Shown: positions 11,801 through 19,574, counted from the first letter of the stretch. The stretch is DNA of 64,000 nucleotides from Patescibacteria group bacterium (GCA_041660305.1 JBAZWO010000001.1:354268-418267), one strand, 5' to 3'. Notes: generated by a model not told the origin, from the sequence alone. Numbers and translations are program-made.

Positions 11801-14800
11801 CCCAGCCAAAATCAGACCGTATATCTTTTAAAGTTATGCTATCTTTTAGATATTCATCTACATCTTCCGATATAGACGAAATACAGCGCGGTTTGGGCAA
11901 GCCGCTGTTCCAATCCGTTGGGTAACAATCCGCGTCTGTATTACACAGCGCGCCAATTTTATTAACCGTACTAGTAATGCTATTGCTATTACATACTCCG
12001 TTTAAAGGCTGTGAAGCATAAGCTTCCGTATTAATATTATATTGCACCGGACAATCTGGATAATCCGGATAATCTTCATCGGTTCTATTTTTAAACCAGC
12101 CTAGTATATCCGCTCCTTCATAATTTTTATAATCGCGTAAAGTACATGTTTTATCGCCTGGGTTTTTGAAATAGGCCGTACCATCATAATCGGAAGTATA
12201 TTGTTCACAAGCTAATTGAGCCTCTTCACACAAGCTGGTAGCATATTCATCCGGCCTATCGTATAAATAAACTGAACTGTAGCCATTTATTTCATTCGTT
12301 CGTTCATCAATATCCGGTAAGCCAAAAGCGGTACAACCATAAGCTGTTTGTGAACACTGCTGGTTAGTATCATAAACTAGTGTAACTGGTTTATCGGCTG
12401 ATACAATAGTATCGTCTTGCGTGTATTCATTATTTAACACGAAGCCTTCCGTGAACGGATTGCTAGAATTACTAGTATCCAGCATGGCTTCACAGCCTAC
12501 CGCTGTATCATTACATAACCGTTTGAATGATTTTAGATAATAAGTATTATTAGCTCGATCATTATATTCACGGCAACCTTCAAATTTTTGGCACAATCTG
12601 GCGCTGTCTTGCACCAAATACTGGCTATTTGATGAAGCTAAAGTAATAGTGTCTATATAAGCTTCCGCACCACCATATTGAATTACAAAAGCTTCATCTC
12701 CATCAATACTGGCGCTACTATCTAAAATTATCGGCCCTAATTGATAATATTGCCAACCGCCGGCTTGTTGCGGATCTAATTGCACATTGGCTTGCGCTGA
12801 ATCTGTAGTAACGCCATTGGTAGTAAAATAATAAGTGTTATCTAAACCGATTAAAGAAAATGTAGCTGTGCCGGGCTGGGTAACTTTGGCCCAAAACTTC
12901 AATACATAGGCTTTACCAGCTTCTAAAGCCGGCTCTTTAATAACATAAGTAATTGTATTGTTGGTGGCTCCATGCATTTGTAATGAATAGTCGCCCTGAA
13001 TAACTGAATCGTTCGCCGTAGCCACGGCGCCAGACCAACCTTCAAAAGAATTATCAGCAAAATCTTCTGTAATAATATCTTCCGTAGCACTGGCATTAGA
13101 GCCCTGATATTCTCGGCAACCAACCGCGGCCGTACCGCAAGCAGAACTGCTAGCTTTGAGGGCATAATAAGTGCGTTCATCTAAGCTATTGCGTAATGGG
13201 GTACAATTATCCGAGGCTACTACTGTTTGTGATTCATAACGATAATAAACCGTGCCGGTATCATCATCATCAATAAATTGTCGGCAGTCCGGATTAACAC
13301 CATATTTCATGTTATCAGCCACGTTACCATTTGGGCCACAATCCTGAATGGTTAATGTAGCGTCGGCATTGTCTACACAATTAGCATTCGATTCCTGGCT
13401 TAGCAAATCTAAATGCGTGCATGGCCCTCCTCCAGCTACATTACTTTTCTTTAGTAAATAATCTTCCACTTGCACTCCGCCGCTATTACTGCCCACAAAC
13501 GTATAATAAGTGGCAATGTTATTGTCACTGGTTTTTACGCATTGTTGTAACCGATTATAATATTCCAAGCCTTCGCCGCCTTCGGCTACTGCCGCTAAAT
13601 TGGTATATTCTTCACAACCTACTTGTGCTACTGAACATTGCTTAGCTGAAGCCGGCACAATGGATAGCAAAGGCATACAACTACCTTTACCGGCACACTG
13701 GCTATCATCAAAACAATGGGTGCTGTTATCACCGCTACAATAATAGCCCGTACGCTGAATGGCGCCAGTTTTTGATTTTTCATCCAACGAATTAATATTA
13801 CTGGAGGAGGCTACTAATGGAGCGTTATTAGTAAGTGGTGCTTCTTGATAAAAATCACAGCCTACATTATAATCATCGGTTTGCCCAATGGTAGTATCAC
13901 CATTACATTGGCTGCAGGCGGGATTACCGTAATCGTAACCTAGTGTACCATCGGCATTTTTTAATACACAAGTGTCAATGGCTTGTGGATTAGTAATTAA
14001 ACCTGGAATCTGATTAGTTTTATTACCAGCTTCTGTATACATTTCACAGCCAACATCTTCAGCTGAACAACTAATTACTTGTTCATTTAAATAAGTGGCG
14101 TTATTACCATAATTGCTATAACTGTCTGAAAAACTATCTGTTTCAGCTAATTGAGCCGCCTCAATATCCAGCGCGCAACCGGGTTGGCCATTAATGGCTA
14201 CTTGCACTTTAGAGTCATTTACATTGCTAGCCGGGAAAGACACGGTTAATGAGTAGTCCGTCCAAACACTATTATATACTGCCGTGGTAGTGTTATATAC
14301 CTGGTTGGAAGACCCGATACTATAATTAGCTTCACAATCAACTGCATTAGTAACCCGGGCTCGATACGCGAATGTAAACGTTCTATCGCTTAAATCGTAG
14401 CCGGTATCCACCGTGTTAGTAAAAGCGCTGCCGTCGGCTTCGGTAATAAGCTGCACGTAATTGGCATTAATATCCGTTTCAGCGTTTTCAAACACTTGCG
14501 CCGTAAGATTATTTTGCTGCCAGCCCTGGCACACACTGCCAACCGAGCAATTACTGGCCGTGGTACAGCCTTGGCCAGTATCGGAACAAAAGCCTAAAAG
14601 TGTTCGCTCGTTTTCGCCACCACCGCTTTTATAATCAAAATAGGCGTTAGGTAGCAAATTAGTATCTGGCAAAACGCGCAAATACCGTCTGCAACCAGCA
14701 TCTTCACTAGCACAAGTTTTTATCGTGTTATTAAAATATAAAGTGTCATTCTCTACCGCTGGAGTTTCAGGTGTTGTACCAATAATACAGGTGCTTCCAT

Positions 14801-17264
14801 TCGAATTAGTGCAAGAATAAGCCCCAACCGCTATTGCACAATCACAATTCATACCAACCGTATCTTTTGCTTCACACGCGGTAGTGGCTGAATAAGTAGG
14901 ATAATCAGCACCACACACGCCGCCGGCTTGAGTGGTATCTAACTGACATGCTGTAGTAGTAGCTGTATTGTTGTATTGCAAATCAATCGGACATTCTGTA
15001 TCACCGTCCTCCACCGTACAACTTTGTTGCGCGGTACAAGTACACGTACCAACTCCATTAACTTCATTATATGAAGGGTTGTTTTTACCACAAGTATCAC
15101 TTAACGAACACACACTTAATGGTTGCCCCTCGGTGTCGTTAATTACACACTGCCAATAATCGTACACGCCGTCAGCGTTAGTATCGGTACCACGTTCTGA
15201 ACCGGCGGCTACTTGGCAAGTTTTCTGCCAGTTACAACTACAGCTGGCGCTTGGTGCCATGGAAAAATTATTAGCCGCCGCATTAGCTTCGTTACAAGCC
15301 AAATAAGTACTACCAGAACTAGCACAATCAAATTTACCGGCTTCATCGGTACTAGCACAATACCATTTACAACCAGGGTCGGTAGCACAATCACCATAAT
15401 TTAAACTATTTTTTAAATAAGATACTGTGTTGCCTTGCGTATCTGTAAATGTTTGACAAGAGGCGTGTTCTGTATCACAACTTTTTCCAGCAAATTGGTA
15501 GGATCGTTTTTCTTGTGTGCAATAGCCATAAGCCAAACAATTACCATCATCTCCCGCCGCAATACAGCCCCGATTATCCGCGCAATAATTCAACCGCCCA
15601 GCGGCCACTACTTGTTGCGTAGCTAAATTAGCGTCGTCATCAACTGGAATAATAGAAGCGTAATCCGGCCCAGGCGCTTCTCGCTCACAATAATTTTGCG
15701 GCGCCAGTAAAACCCAATCCGGATCGATTAATTTACAGTACGGCGAATACGTGGAACACTCCGTATTATTTGACATTAACAACTGACAATCACGCCCCTC
15801 TTCGGCGCCACCACAAGCATCGTAACAATTCATAATCTGTTGCAGGGTAGGAATAGCGGCCTGGTAACAAGTATTATTATTATTATTATTATTTTCTGTA
15901 CCATTAATTTTTAACCGGTACTGCGAATACTCCGCGGCCAATTGCCAACCTACCGGCACAATGCGGTATTTTTTTAATAAGATAACACCTTTTTCGGTAA
16001 ACCCAGCATCATTGCTAATGCTGTTGCCCTCTAGGGTATTATCAACAAAGCTTAGTGGCGCACCATTTAGTGAATCAACAAATTCTTTTACGGTTAACTG
16101 CTGCTGAATAGCCTGCTGCATTTTTATACCCATGGCACAATTATTTACAGTTGGCTTAACATCAGCTGTAATCGGACAAACGGCTAATTCAGCTGTAATA
16201 TCATACTCGCCGGTACTATAAAAAGTAGGGTTTTTTAAATCGGCGTACATTTCTTCAGCCGCCTGCCGGCCAGTGGAACTACCTACAGACATTAATGAGC
16301 TTAAATTATTGGCCACATCCGGCACCATGCCGGCTTTAATGCGCTCTACTAATTTAGTAATTAAAGTGGTAGCAAAAATATTAACCGCGTTTACAGCCGG
16401 TTCTTCCGTCATCTGATACAACATGCTGGTTTTAGCATCAGTAACGTTGTTTTTATAAATTTGCTCCACCACTGAACCAGGCGTAACGATGGTTTTGGAA
16501 ATTAAAGCTACCTGATCTTTAAAATCAGAATTAAGCCGTTTTAATTCAGCCTCTTTTTGCGCTTCTATTTTTTTACTTAACGTTAATTCAGACACTTCTA
16601 AAGCAATTCCTAAAGGATTAGCCGTCGGATCGAAATGAGCTTCAAAAAATTTGTTAAAATCAGGGTCAGCGTAGGCTTTTTTCCAATTCTTGCCTAATTC
16701 AGTTAAAGTACAAGCCGGTTTAAATTGATCTGGAGATTGCGCCTGACCGAAATTAGTTTCTAAACCCAATGTTAAACTAATTCTAAAATCAGCTCCCGGA
16801 TCACATAAACCAGCCGCATTTAACCCAGTGGCTGTGGCAAAGCCTTGAATAGCACTGCCAAGTGTGGCATCACCTATCTTTAATATATACTCACCACCAG
16901 ACTCTTGAAACACACCTGCTTCCTGCCCATTAAAACCATAAGCCATCCAAGTAGCTGTGTCGTAGGCCAACCGGCTTAAAAATGTGTTTAAAGCGGTACG
17001 AACGGTAACATTAGCAACTCGTTTTCCCGTAGTACTAAGGAATTCTCCAATACTACTTAGTGCTCTACTAATTGACGCACCAAAATCCGCTACTGGCAGT
17101 CCACCACCACCAACCTCTCCAAATCCACCAGGATTAGTAATCATATTAGGATTAGAAAGAGCAGCATCCGCTCCTGCTGCTAATGTTAGTTTAGGAACAC
17201 CTAATAGAAAAACAAGGCTACATATTGTTATAACTTTATAAATATGCAACCACCGTTGTTTCAT
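5883..17264 (-). CDS. giant secreted cysteine-rich surface protein (3,793 aa) with vWA and PKD-like domains
   Basis: Uninterrupted 11.4-kb ORF with an N-terminal signal-like segment (ITICSLVFLLGVPKLTLAAGADA). It has very high Cys/Asn/Thr/Gly content, a recurring GC(R/E)EY motif, a vWA MIDAS motif DTSSS and a C-terminal PKD-like fold motif. Confidence 0.9.
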   Translation of the reverse strand: MKQRWLHIYKVITICSLVFLLGVPKLTLAAGADAALSNPNMITNPGGFGEVGGGGLPVADFGASISRALSSIGEFLSTTGKRVANVTVRTALNTFLSRLAYDTATWMAYGFNGQEAGVFQESGGEYILKIGDATLGSAIQGFATATGLNAAGLCDPGADFRISLTLGLETNFGQAQSPDQFKPACTLTELGKNWKKAYADPDFNKFFEAHFDPTANPLGIALEVSELTLSKKIEAQKEAELKRLNSDFKDQVALISKTIVTPGSVVEQIYKNNVTDAKTSMLYQMTEEPAVNAVNIFATTLITKLVERIKAGMVPDVANNLSSLMSVGSSTGRQAAEEMYADLKNPTFYSTGEYDITAELAVCPITADVKPTVNNCAMGIKMQQAIQQQLTVKEFVDSLNGAPLSFVDNTLEGNSISNDAGFTEKGVILLKKYRIVPVGWQLAAEYSQYRLKINGTENNNNNNNTCYQAAIPTLQQIMNCYDACGGAEEGRDCQLLMSNNTECSTYSPYCKLIDPDWVLLAPQNYCEREAPGPDYASIIPVDDDANLATQQVVAAGRLNYCADNRGCIAAGDDGNCLAYGYCTQEKRSYQFAGKSCDTEHASCQTFTDTQGNTVSYLKNSLNYGDCATDPGCKWYCASTDEAGKFDCASSGSTYLACNEANAAANNFSMAPSASCSCNWQKTCQVAAGSERGTDTNADGVYDYWQCVINDTEGQPLSVCSLSDTCGKNNPSYNEVNGVGTCTCTAQQSCTVEDGDTECPIDLQYNNTATTTACQLDTTQAGGVCGADYPTYSATTACEAKDTVGMNCDCAIAVGAYSCTNSNGSTCIIGTTPETPAVENDTLYFNNTIKTCASEDAGCRRYLRVLPDTNLLPNAYFDYKSGGGENERTLLGFCSDTGQGCTTASNCSVGSVCQGWQQNNLTAQVFENAETDINANYVQLITEADGSAFTNTVDTGYDLSDRTFTFAYRARVTNAVDCEANYSIGSSNQVYNTTTAVYNSVWTDYSLTVSFPASNVNDSKVQVAINGQPGCALDIEAAQLAETDSFSDSYSNYGNNATYLNEQVISCSAEDVGCEMYTEAGNKTNQIPGLITNPQAIDTCVLKNADGTLGYDYGNPACSQCNGDTTIGQTDDYNVGCDFYQEAPLTNNAPLVASSSNINSLDEKSKTGAIQRTGYYCSGDNSTHCFDDSQCAGKGSCMPLLSIVPASAKQCSVAQVGCEEYTNLAAVAEGGEGLEYYNRLQQCVKTSDNNIATYYTFVGSNSGGVQVEDYLLKKSNVAGGGPCTHLDLLSQESNANCVDNADATLTIQDCGPNGNVADNMKYGVNPDCRQFIDDDDTGTVYYRYESQTVVASDNCTPLRNSLDERTYYALKASSSACGTAAVGCREYQGSNASATEDIITEDFADNSFEGWSGAVATANDSVIQGDYSLQMHGATNNTITYVIKEPALEAGKAYVLKFWAKVTQPGTATFSLIGLDNTYYFTTNGVTTDSAQANVQLDPQQAGGWQYYQLGPIILDSSASIDGDEAFVIQYGGAEAYIDTITLASSNSQYLVQDSARLCQKFEGCREYNDRANNTYYLKSFKRLCNDTAVGCEAMLDTSNSSNPFTEGFVLNNEYTQDDTIVSADKPVTLVYDTNQQCSQTAYGCTAFGLPDIDERTNEINGYSSVYLYDRPDEYATSLCEEAQLACEQYTSDYDGTAYFKNPGDKTCTLRDYKNYEGADILGWFKNRTDEDYPDYPDCPVQYNINTEAYASQPLNGVCNSNSITSTVNKIGALCNTDADCYPTDWNSGLPKPRCISSISEDVDEYLKDSITLKDIRSDFGWAGECPNEQSGCTEYVDPYSPNQAELVSNYSFEYDTHDSTGDWYSDEDVPNGYPDNWISPAILDINGDGQCDSNCTAKDYEVLMTTAADYTGEAINAGTGAAALYLMNAGIVNNGDLTKLSAENSYTLQALVRLPAASFDDVSLDTDNPAKFSIGLMYWAADVPLYVSTAQTYVTADHVTIPKESNTKQTEEWYRLEGNIGLGSTVTLPTDGCDKANSFNADDCATNKGTWKAITTIKVFVINHSTAPMYVDDVSLKQNDHYYYLDYTVDGTAEHAQNNGVNTCTEVSAGAGCVAFRDATTETQTQAQDGLACATCMLTPTSDTCRTVLDACDTNTILKVKNQRVCSEWLACETGYVYTDSNDTTQNECLNIRGCTKMDDNGNCIKWSDKPSSTELNSAADIGFVSDPGQTDGLQAAQNLTGYTKAGLIWTQERSCNTASDLPGKYCNEDINCLNPGSNNPAAKCNEPFSVMGYYPYGWMYEVANNGTNSKDLIEFSTFEDLYCVGDDANPKRACLHNATNEEDYATSQCYENSIGVLYTDQDPGNDPVSYTEDNTADPADIDATYYCPNNAAFEAWPFRAGKTTTTKTGWSGIGKSLVKVKQYDKSLDCLNDCDEIDANNVLAFTPALTSYTTSTGGTANKAFSGGAQYDLNETINPSATYALSFAGRYTSDNYVPIADNNANPSAMSVCFNYSNVATPSGDAVNSLRDCFVNGYGSADIVFAIDTSSSMTEEIMAVNKAIPALVKELDNAGVSAKFSFVSIGLEPSYDSDGNYLGYKDAIQDVVLDSTDNITDITALFKNLNCCSTSGSTPDKCIENNGVWTDYPFCIGYGVLDPWEAIIETANNEFYQADDSVEHINFRNGASRFLILVTDQNDGQLPGDDNNEVNAITAAASVPMPVYVITSDVASNDTENNIFSSGYYAGIASATGGETYTFTVNGTTSTDWVNDTDIVSDVASNVAYQSEKFQLTTDLKNYSFGPLTLTNMKKIGADNSGYVLANKEIGIITSLQFLGSDGTEIAVDNVSLLPVLEVNRDLSPIARSCRAYPDSDAKQCSYQAANGNQYRGWQGYCLELDPSNTQRCLTWWPLDVIAGEASLMKEPTSVITRSNVYHCLVAKGYEKPGFCVSNDAKNGASSAVGTGVACSDTADCNMALLGTPDPLSGAHTCFIGEHLSVNDYNNNDINGGGWYKFDSLAAGTSDSEKQKFSGAYHSRVAEWDMPNEADNLYQGNIAAIIANPLLKNIHVSEIETIEFNPGSAGDGTGAQNEFPYWGQLDGGKNSTEGYNRHALEVYDREENDQDTITGNIWLTDLYNGAIKYDADGKVDPLNQYCYAYDAAGSSSPYGIGCGVWGAFDNNKGITTNYDYYKQQYNPNNKTSTPNGYDLVYTWAYSNFNTNVAGCKKSAGSDANASAELYWEILRAEGSAGSWLTSSCVDNAVKCIMGVGDCAEDNNPWKHMGTVFDSGELYGGIKGGSIDQNRNIWDDFSYIELDTTWPGWTQMKDDLENKDVGNVFSLYIDFNDNGYVEKIYPFFYYAAEKTSDGVAGITLTYDAPMYINFYLRESCALLANTVGNDGTHHAWSNRLSGTDPYNIFAGSDGTMADTLKTSYKPFGSVAPLEGTPDTWDTFETVEKNTTTNTTTSNVYQYNTYGNQPPISYNIATGTENSKIATAGQPISCIGTCSQQWCVGNPMRYNTPCIIDDECKSEKNGKTFVGKCMGVTNSATSNIIGNKGMYANNNHLINSYQQAVAASANVAVGYLRRVFADVIGDFYRLDPVAEDQYSETGNIYLNAGDNYWVDLENGNNVFDAMSVCDTDDGSRPVENEYCGVKPVVDNIKLELNTTADGKYYQFPTGTNVKFSFDVQADVNQEPIPFVYVDYGDKTDSVTFPWEGRSATFPFTHVYECKANTLGSHCEYIIKVVAVDNWNWCSGTDNSKKSSGVNRYDSSIDGDVFEQCGSETIMPVTVWVDKKIN
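6020..6290 (-). other. PKD-like domain at the C-terminus of the giant protein
   Basis: FSFDVQADVNQEPIPFVYVDYGDKTDS...FTHVYEC...YIIKVVAVDNWNW resembles the PKD consensus (WDFGDG...HTY...Y.V.L.V.D). Confidence 0.5.
9085..9650 (-). other. von Willebrand factor A (vWA) domain inside the giant protein
   Basis: The sequence DIVFAIDTSSSMTEEI (MIDAS DxSxS, codons at 9615-9629) ... FLILVTDQNDG ... PVYVITSD follows a typical vWA beta-alpha-beta pattern. Confidence 0.7.
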
Positions 17265-17272
17265 AATAAAAT

Positions 17273-17998
17273 TTAATTCGTTGAAGTGTTAGAAGATTCT
17301 TGTAAAGTTTGTTGATACAACTGCTGTAGTGTAGCATCATCAATACTATTTAATTCCTCGTCTGTCATGCCGTTTTGTTTTAGAATTTCTCTAATCTGAC
17401 TGCTATTTAAATTAGATAGATTACTATTAACATTATTACCACTGGTTTCTGTTAAAGCATCAGCATAAAGCGTTACTAAATCCTCATCACTAATCCCTGC
17501 TAAATCTTCGCTAGACGCTCCTAAACTTATTAATTCTTCCCTAATGTCAGCGGCTTTTTTTGTATCAGCAGTAGTATTAGTATTAGCATTAATATTAACA
17601 TTACTTACCAATACGTTAGTATTACCAACATTTGCATCCACTAAACTACTAGAACAAGTTTTTCCGGATTGGCAATTTGGATCGGTGCCTTTATCAATTT
17701 CATCTTTATCATTTAAACCATCCGAGTCGGAATCAGTTATATATGGGCTAGTTTTATTAATGTACAACTCAGCAAAATCACTTAAACCATCTCCATCGGT
17801 ATCTTTTATACTTAAATCAGCTAATTCTTGCTGGCGTTTTAACAACGGGTTAGTATCAGTTAAATCGGTGTCTTGGCTTAATAAAAATGGAGCTAGGCTA
17901 TTAATTCTTGAATAAATTGAATAAGTTCCTCCCACAAATATAGCTACTCCACTTAGCACAAATATCCAAAATATTTGTGTCTTTTTTTTATTTTCCAC
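17273..17998 (-). CDS. membrane-anchored protein with thrombospondin-type-3-like Ca-binding repeats
   Basis: 241 aa with an N-terminal TM helix, then DTDGDGLSDFAE and DSDSDGLNDKDEIDKGTDP repeats. It lies 8 nt upstream of the giant gene and 7 nt downstream of rsmA. Confidence 0.7.
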   Translation of the reverse strand: MENKKKTQIFWIFVLSGVAIFVGGTYSIYSRINSLAPFLLSQDTDLTDTNPLLKRQQELADLSIKDTDGDGLSDFAELYINKTSPYITDSDSDGLNDKDEIDKGTDPNCQSGKTCSSSLVDANVGNTNVLVSNVNINANTNTTADTKKAADIREELISLGASSEDLAGISDEDLVTLYADALTETSGNNVNSNLSNLNSSQIREILKQNGMTDEELNSIDDATLQQLYQQTLQESSNTSTN

Positions 17999-18005
17999 GT
18001 GTCGA

Positions 18006-18887
18006 TTATATCATGAATGATTCAAATTTGTCAACTAGTTCTAACCACTGATTTAAACTCAATTCTTGAGCCCTGGCTTGCCATGATATTTGGCTGTCTA
18101 AAAAAAACTGTTCGAGAATCTTTTTTTCTAATTGTTGTTGTTTAAAAGTTGCGTTTACTAAGTTTTTGATTAATAATTTACGTTTTTGGGCAAAACCGGC
18201 TTTAACCACACTAAAAAATAACTTTTCTTGGCTGGTTGGAATTAAGTCTTGTTGGTGAATAGCTGATAATTCTAAAATGGCGCTGTGTACTTTGGGTGCT
18301 GGGTAAAACGCGGCTGGTGGAATTATTTTAATTATTTTTGGCTTACAATAGGCCTGAACTGAAATAGCTAAAATGCTTAATTGCCCCGGTTTAGCAACAA
18401 TCCGCTCGGCCACCTCTTTTTGCACCAACAATACCATTTGTTTAGGATATGGTTGCTCGGTTAATAATTTTCTTAAAATTTGAGCCGTAATTTGATACGG
18501 CAAGTTAGCCACTACCGAATATGAACCATTACTTAAACCAAAATCAGCTAAATTTACTTGCAAAGCATCGTTTTGTACTATTTCTAAGTTCGGATATTGT
18601 TGCGCCACTTGTTGTAAATGTGATATTAAACGCCTATCTAACTCAATAGCAATTACCCGTTTAGCGTGTTTTACTAATTGTTCGGTTAGAATACCTAAAC
18701 CAGGGCCAATTTCTACAATGGTATCGGTTTTTTGTAGAGACGCCCCGCGGGGCGTCTCTACACCACATTTATACGTATCTATTATTGTTTTTAAAACCGT
18801 TTCATCGCACAAAAAATTTTGGCCAATGTCGGTATTTGGGCGAATATTTAATTGTTTTAGTTGTTGAAAAATATTAATCTTTGTCAT
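18006..18887 (-). CDS. rsmA: 16S rRNA (adenine1518/1519-N6)-dimethyltransferase
   Basis: Shows the GQNFL motif, the SAM-binding motif VEIGPGLGILT, and ANLPYQIT. It carries a 30-nt palindrome in-frame (see 18733-18762). Confidence 0.9.
   Translation of the reverse strand: MTKINIFQQLKQLNIRPNTDIGQNFLCDETVLKTIIDTYKCGVETPRGASLQKTDTIVEIGPGLGILTEQLVKHAKRVIAIELDRRLISHLQQVAQQYPNLEIVQNDALQVNLADFGLSNGSYSVVANLPYQITAQILRKLLTEQPYPKQMVLLVQKEVAERIVAKPGQLSILAISVQAYCKPKIIKIIPPAAFYPAPKVHSAILELSAIHQQDLIPTSQEKLFFSVVKAGFAQKRKLLIKNLVNATFKQQQLEKKILEQFFLDSQISWQARAQELSLNQWLELVDKFESFMI
18733..18762. repeat. perfect 30-nt palindrome tgtagagacgccccg/cggggcgtctctaca inside rsmA
   Basis: The 15+15 nt are perfectly self-complementary. 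The palindrome encodes ..CGVETPRGASLQ.. just before the SAM motif and shares the core GTAGAGACGC/GCGTCTCTAC with 23581-23612. Confidence 0.9.
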
Positions 18888-18896
18888 AATATTTTA

Positions 18897-18975
18897 CCCT
18901 CTAAGCTACCTCTCCCTGTCCTCCGGACATCCCTCCCCTATTAGGGGAGGGAAAGAGGGGGGGGTAAATTTCCCC
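18897..18975. repeat. GC-rich hairpin repeat locus R2
   Basis: Contains gctacctctccc followed by the hairpin ccctcccc-tatta-ggggaggg (18931-18951). It forms the C-terminal tail of the tsaC ORF. Confidence 0.8.
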
Positions 18976-19464
18976 TTGTCTATGCACAATTATTTTATTA
19001 CGTTTACATTCCACCACCGTAGACGGCTGGCATTTTTTTAATTTACCCATATTTATATAAAAAATATTTTTTATATATTTTTTATTTTTTAAATTATATA
19101 TTTCCGGCTCACCGGATTTATTAAAACTGGTAGCAATTAATGGCGCGCCGGCACGTTTGGCTAATTGTTTTGCAATAGTATTATTCGGTACACGTACCGC
19201 ATATTTTTTAGACACCACAATCGATAACGGTCCTGGCCAGTATTTTTTGGCTAATTTTTTCTGACAACTATTTAACTTAAAAAAACGCTCCGCTTGATAT
19301 AACGATGCGGCAATCAGAGTAAATTTAGGGTCTTTACGCCCCTTTATAGCCATGATTTTTTTAATGGCAGTCTTATTTCTAAAATCACAGCCAATGGCAT
19401 AAGCCGTGTCCGTTGGGTATACTACAATACCGCCTACCTCTCCCTCTTTCCCTCTCTTAAACAT
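18901..19464 (-). CDS. tsaC: L-threonylcarbamoyladenylate synthase (YrdC/Sua5 domain)
   Basis: The core GGIVVYPTDTAYAIGC...IKGRK...WPGPLSIVV is YrdC-like. The ORF-track start at 19578 and the last roughly 20 codons are read-through of repeat loci R3/R2, so I chose ATG 19464. Both termini remain uncertain. Confidence 0.75.
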   Translation of the reverse strand: MFKRGKEGEVGGIVVYPTDTAYAIGCDFRNKTAIKKIMAIKGRKDPKFTLIAASLYQAERFFKLNSCQKKLAKKYWPGPLSIVVSKKYAVRVPNNTIAKQLAKRAGAPLIATSFNKSGEPEIYNLKNKKYIKNIFYINMGKLKKCQPSTVVECKRNKIIVHRQGEIYPPLFPSPNRGGMSGGQGEVA

Positions 19465-19570
19465 CCTACCTCTATCCCCGACCCTTTCCCCTAAACAGGG
19501 GAAAGGGAGTAATGCAATTAGATTCTTCCCCCTCTCCTTAGAGGAGAGGGGGCTAGGGGGTGAGGTAGGC
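19432..19570. repeat. composite MITE-like repeat locus R3 (two hairpins, inverted ends)
   Basis: The left end gcctacctc and the right end gaggtaggc are inverted. Inside are hairpins ccctttcccct-aaaca-ggggaaaggg (19483-19508) and cccctctcc-ttag-aggagagggg. Positions 19461-19509 are identical to 23517-23565. Confidence 0.85.
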
Positions 19571-19574
19571 TGTT

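Noticed and set aside
15873-15893. (ATT)7 microsatellite in the giant gene as a phase-variation switch
   Set aside because: The unit length is 3, so slippage only changes the length of an Asn run (ENNNNNNNT) and cannot switch the frame. At most it is a length polymorphism.
3796-17241. About 20 plus-strand ORFs of 60-196 aa listed inside the 978-aa and 3,793-aa genes (e.g. 3796-4386, 7390-7659, 11627-11875, 16984-17241), plus two minus-strand ORFs in other reading frames of the same genes (12923-13180, 15209-15397)
   Set aside because: All lie within much longer, motif-supported minus-strand genes, antisense or in an alternative frame. They have low-complexity, Ser/Cys/Leu-rich translations typical of shadow frames, and none has an independent start context.
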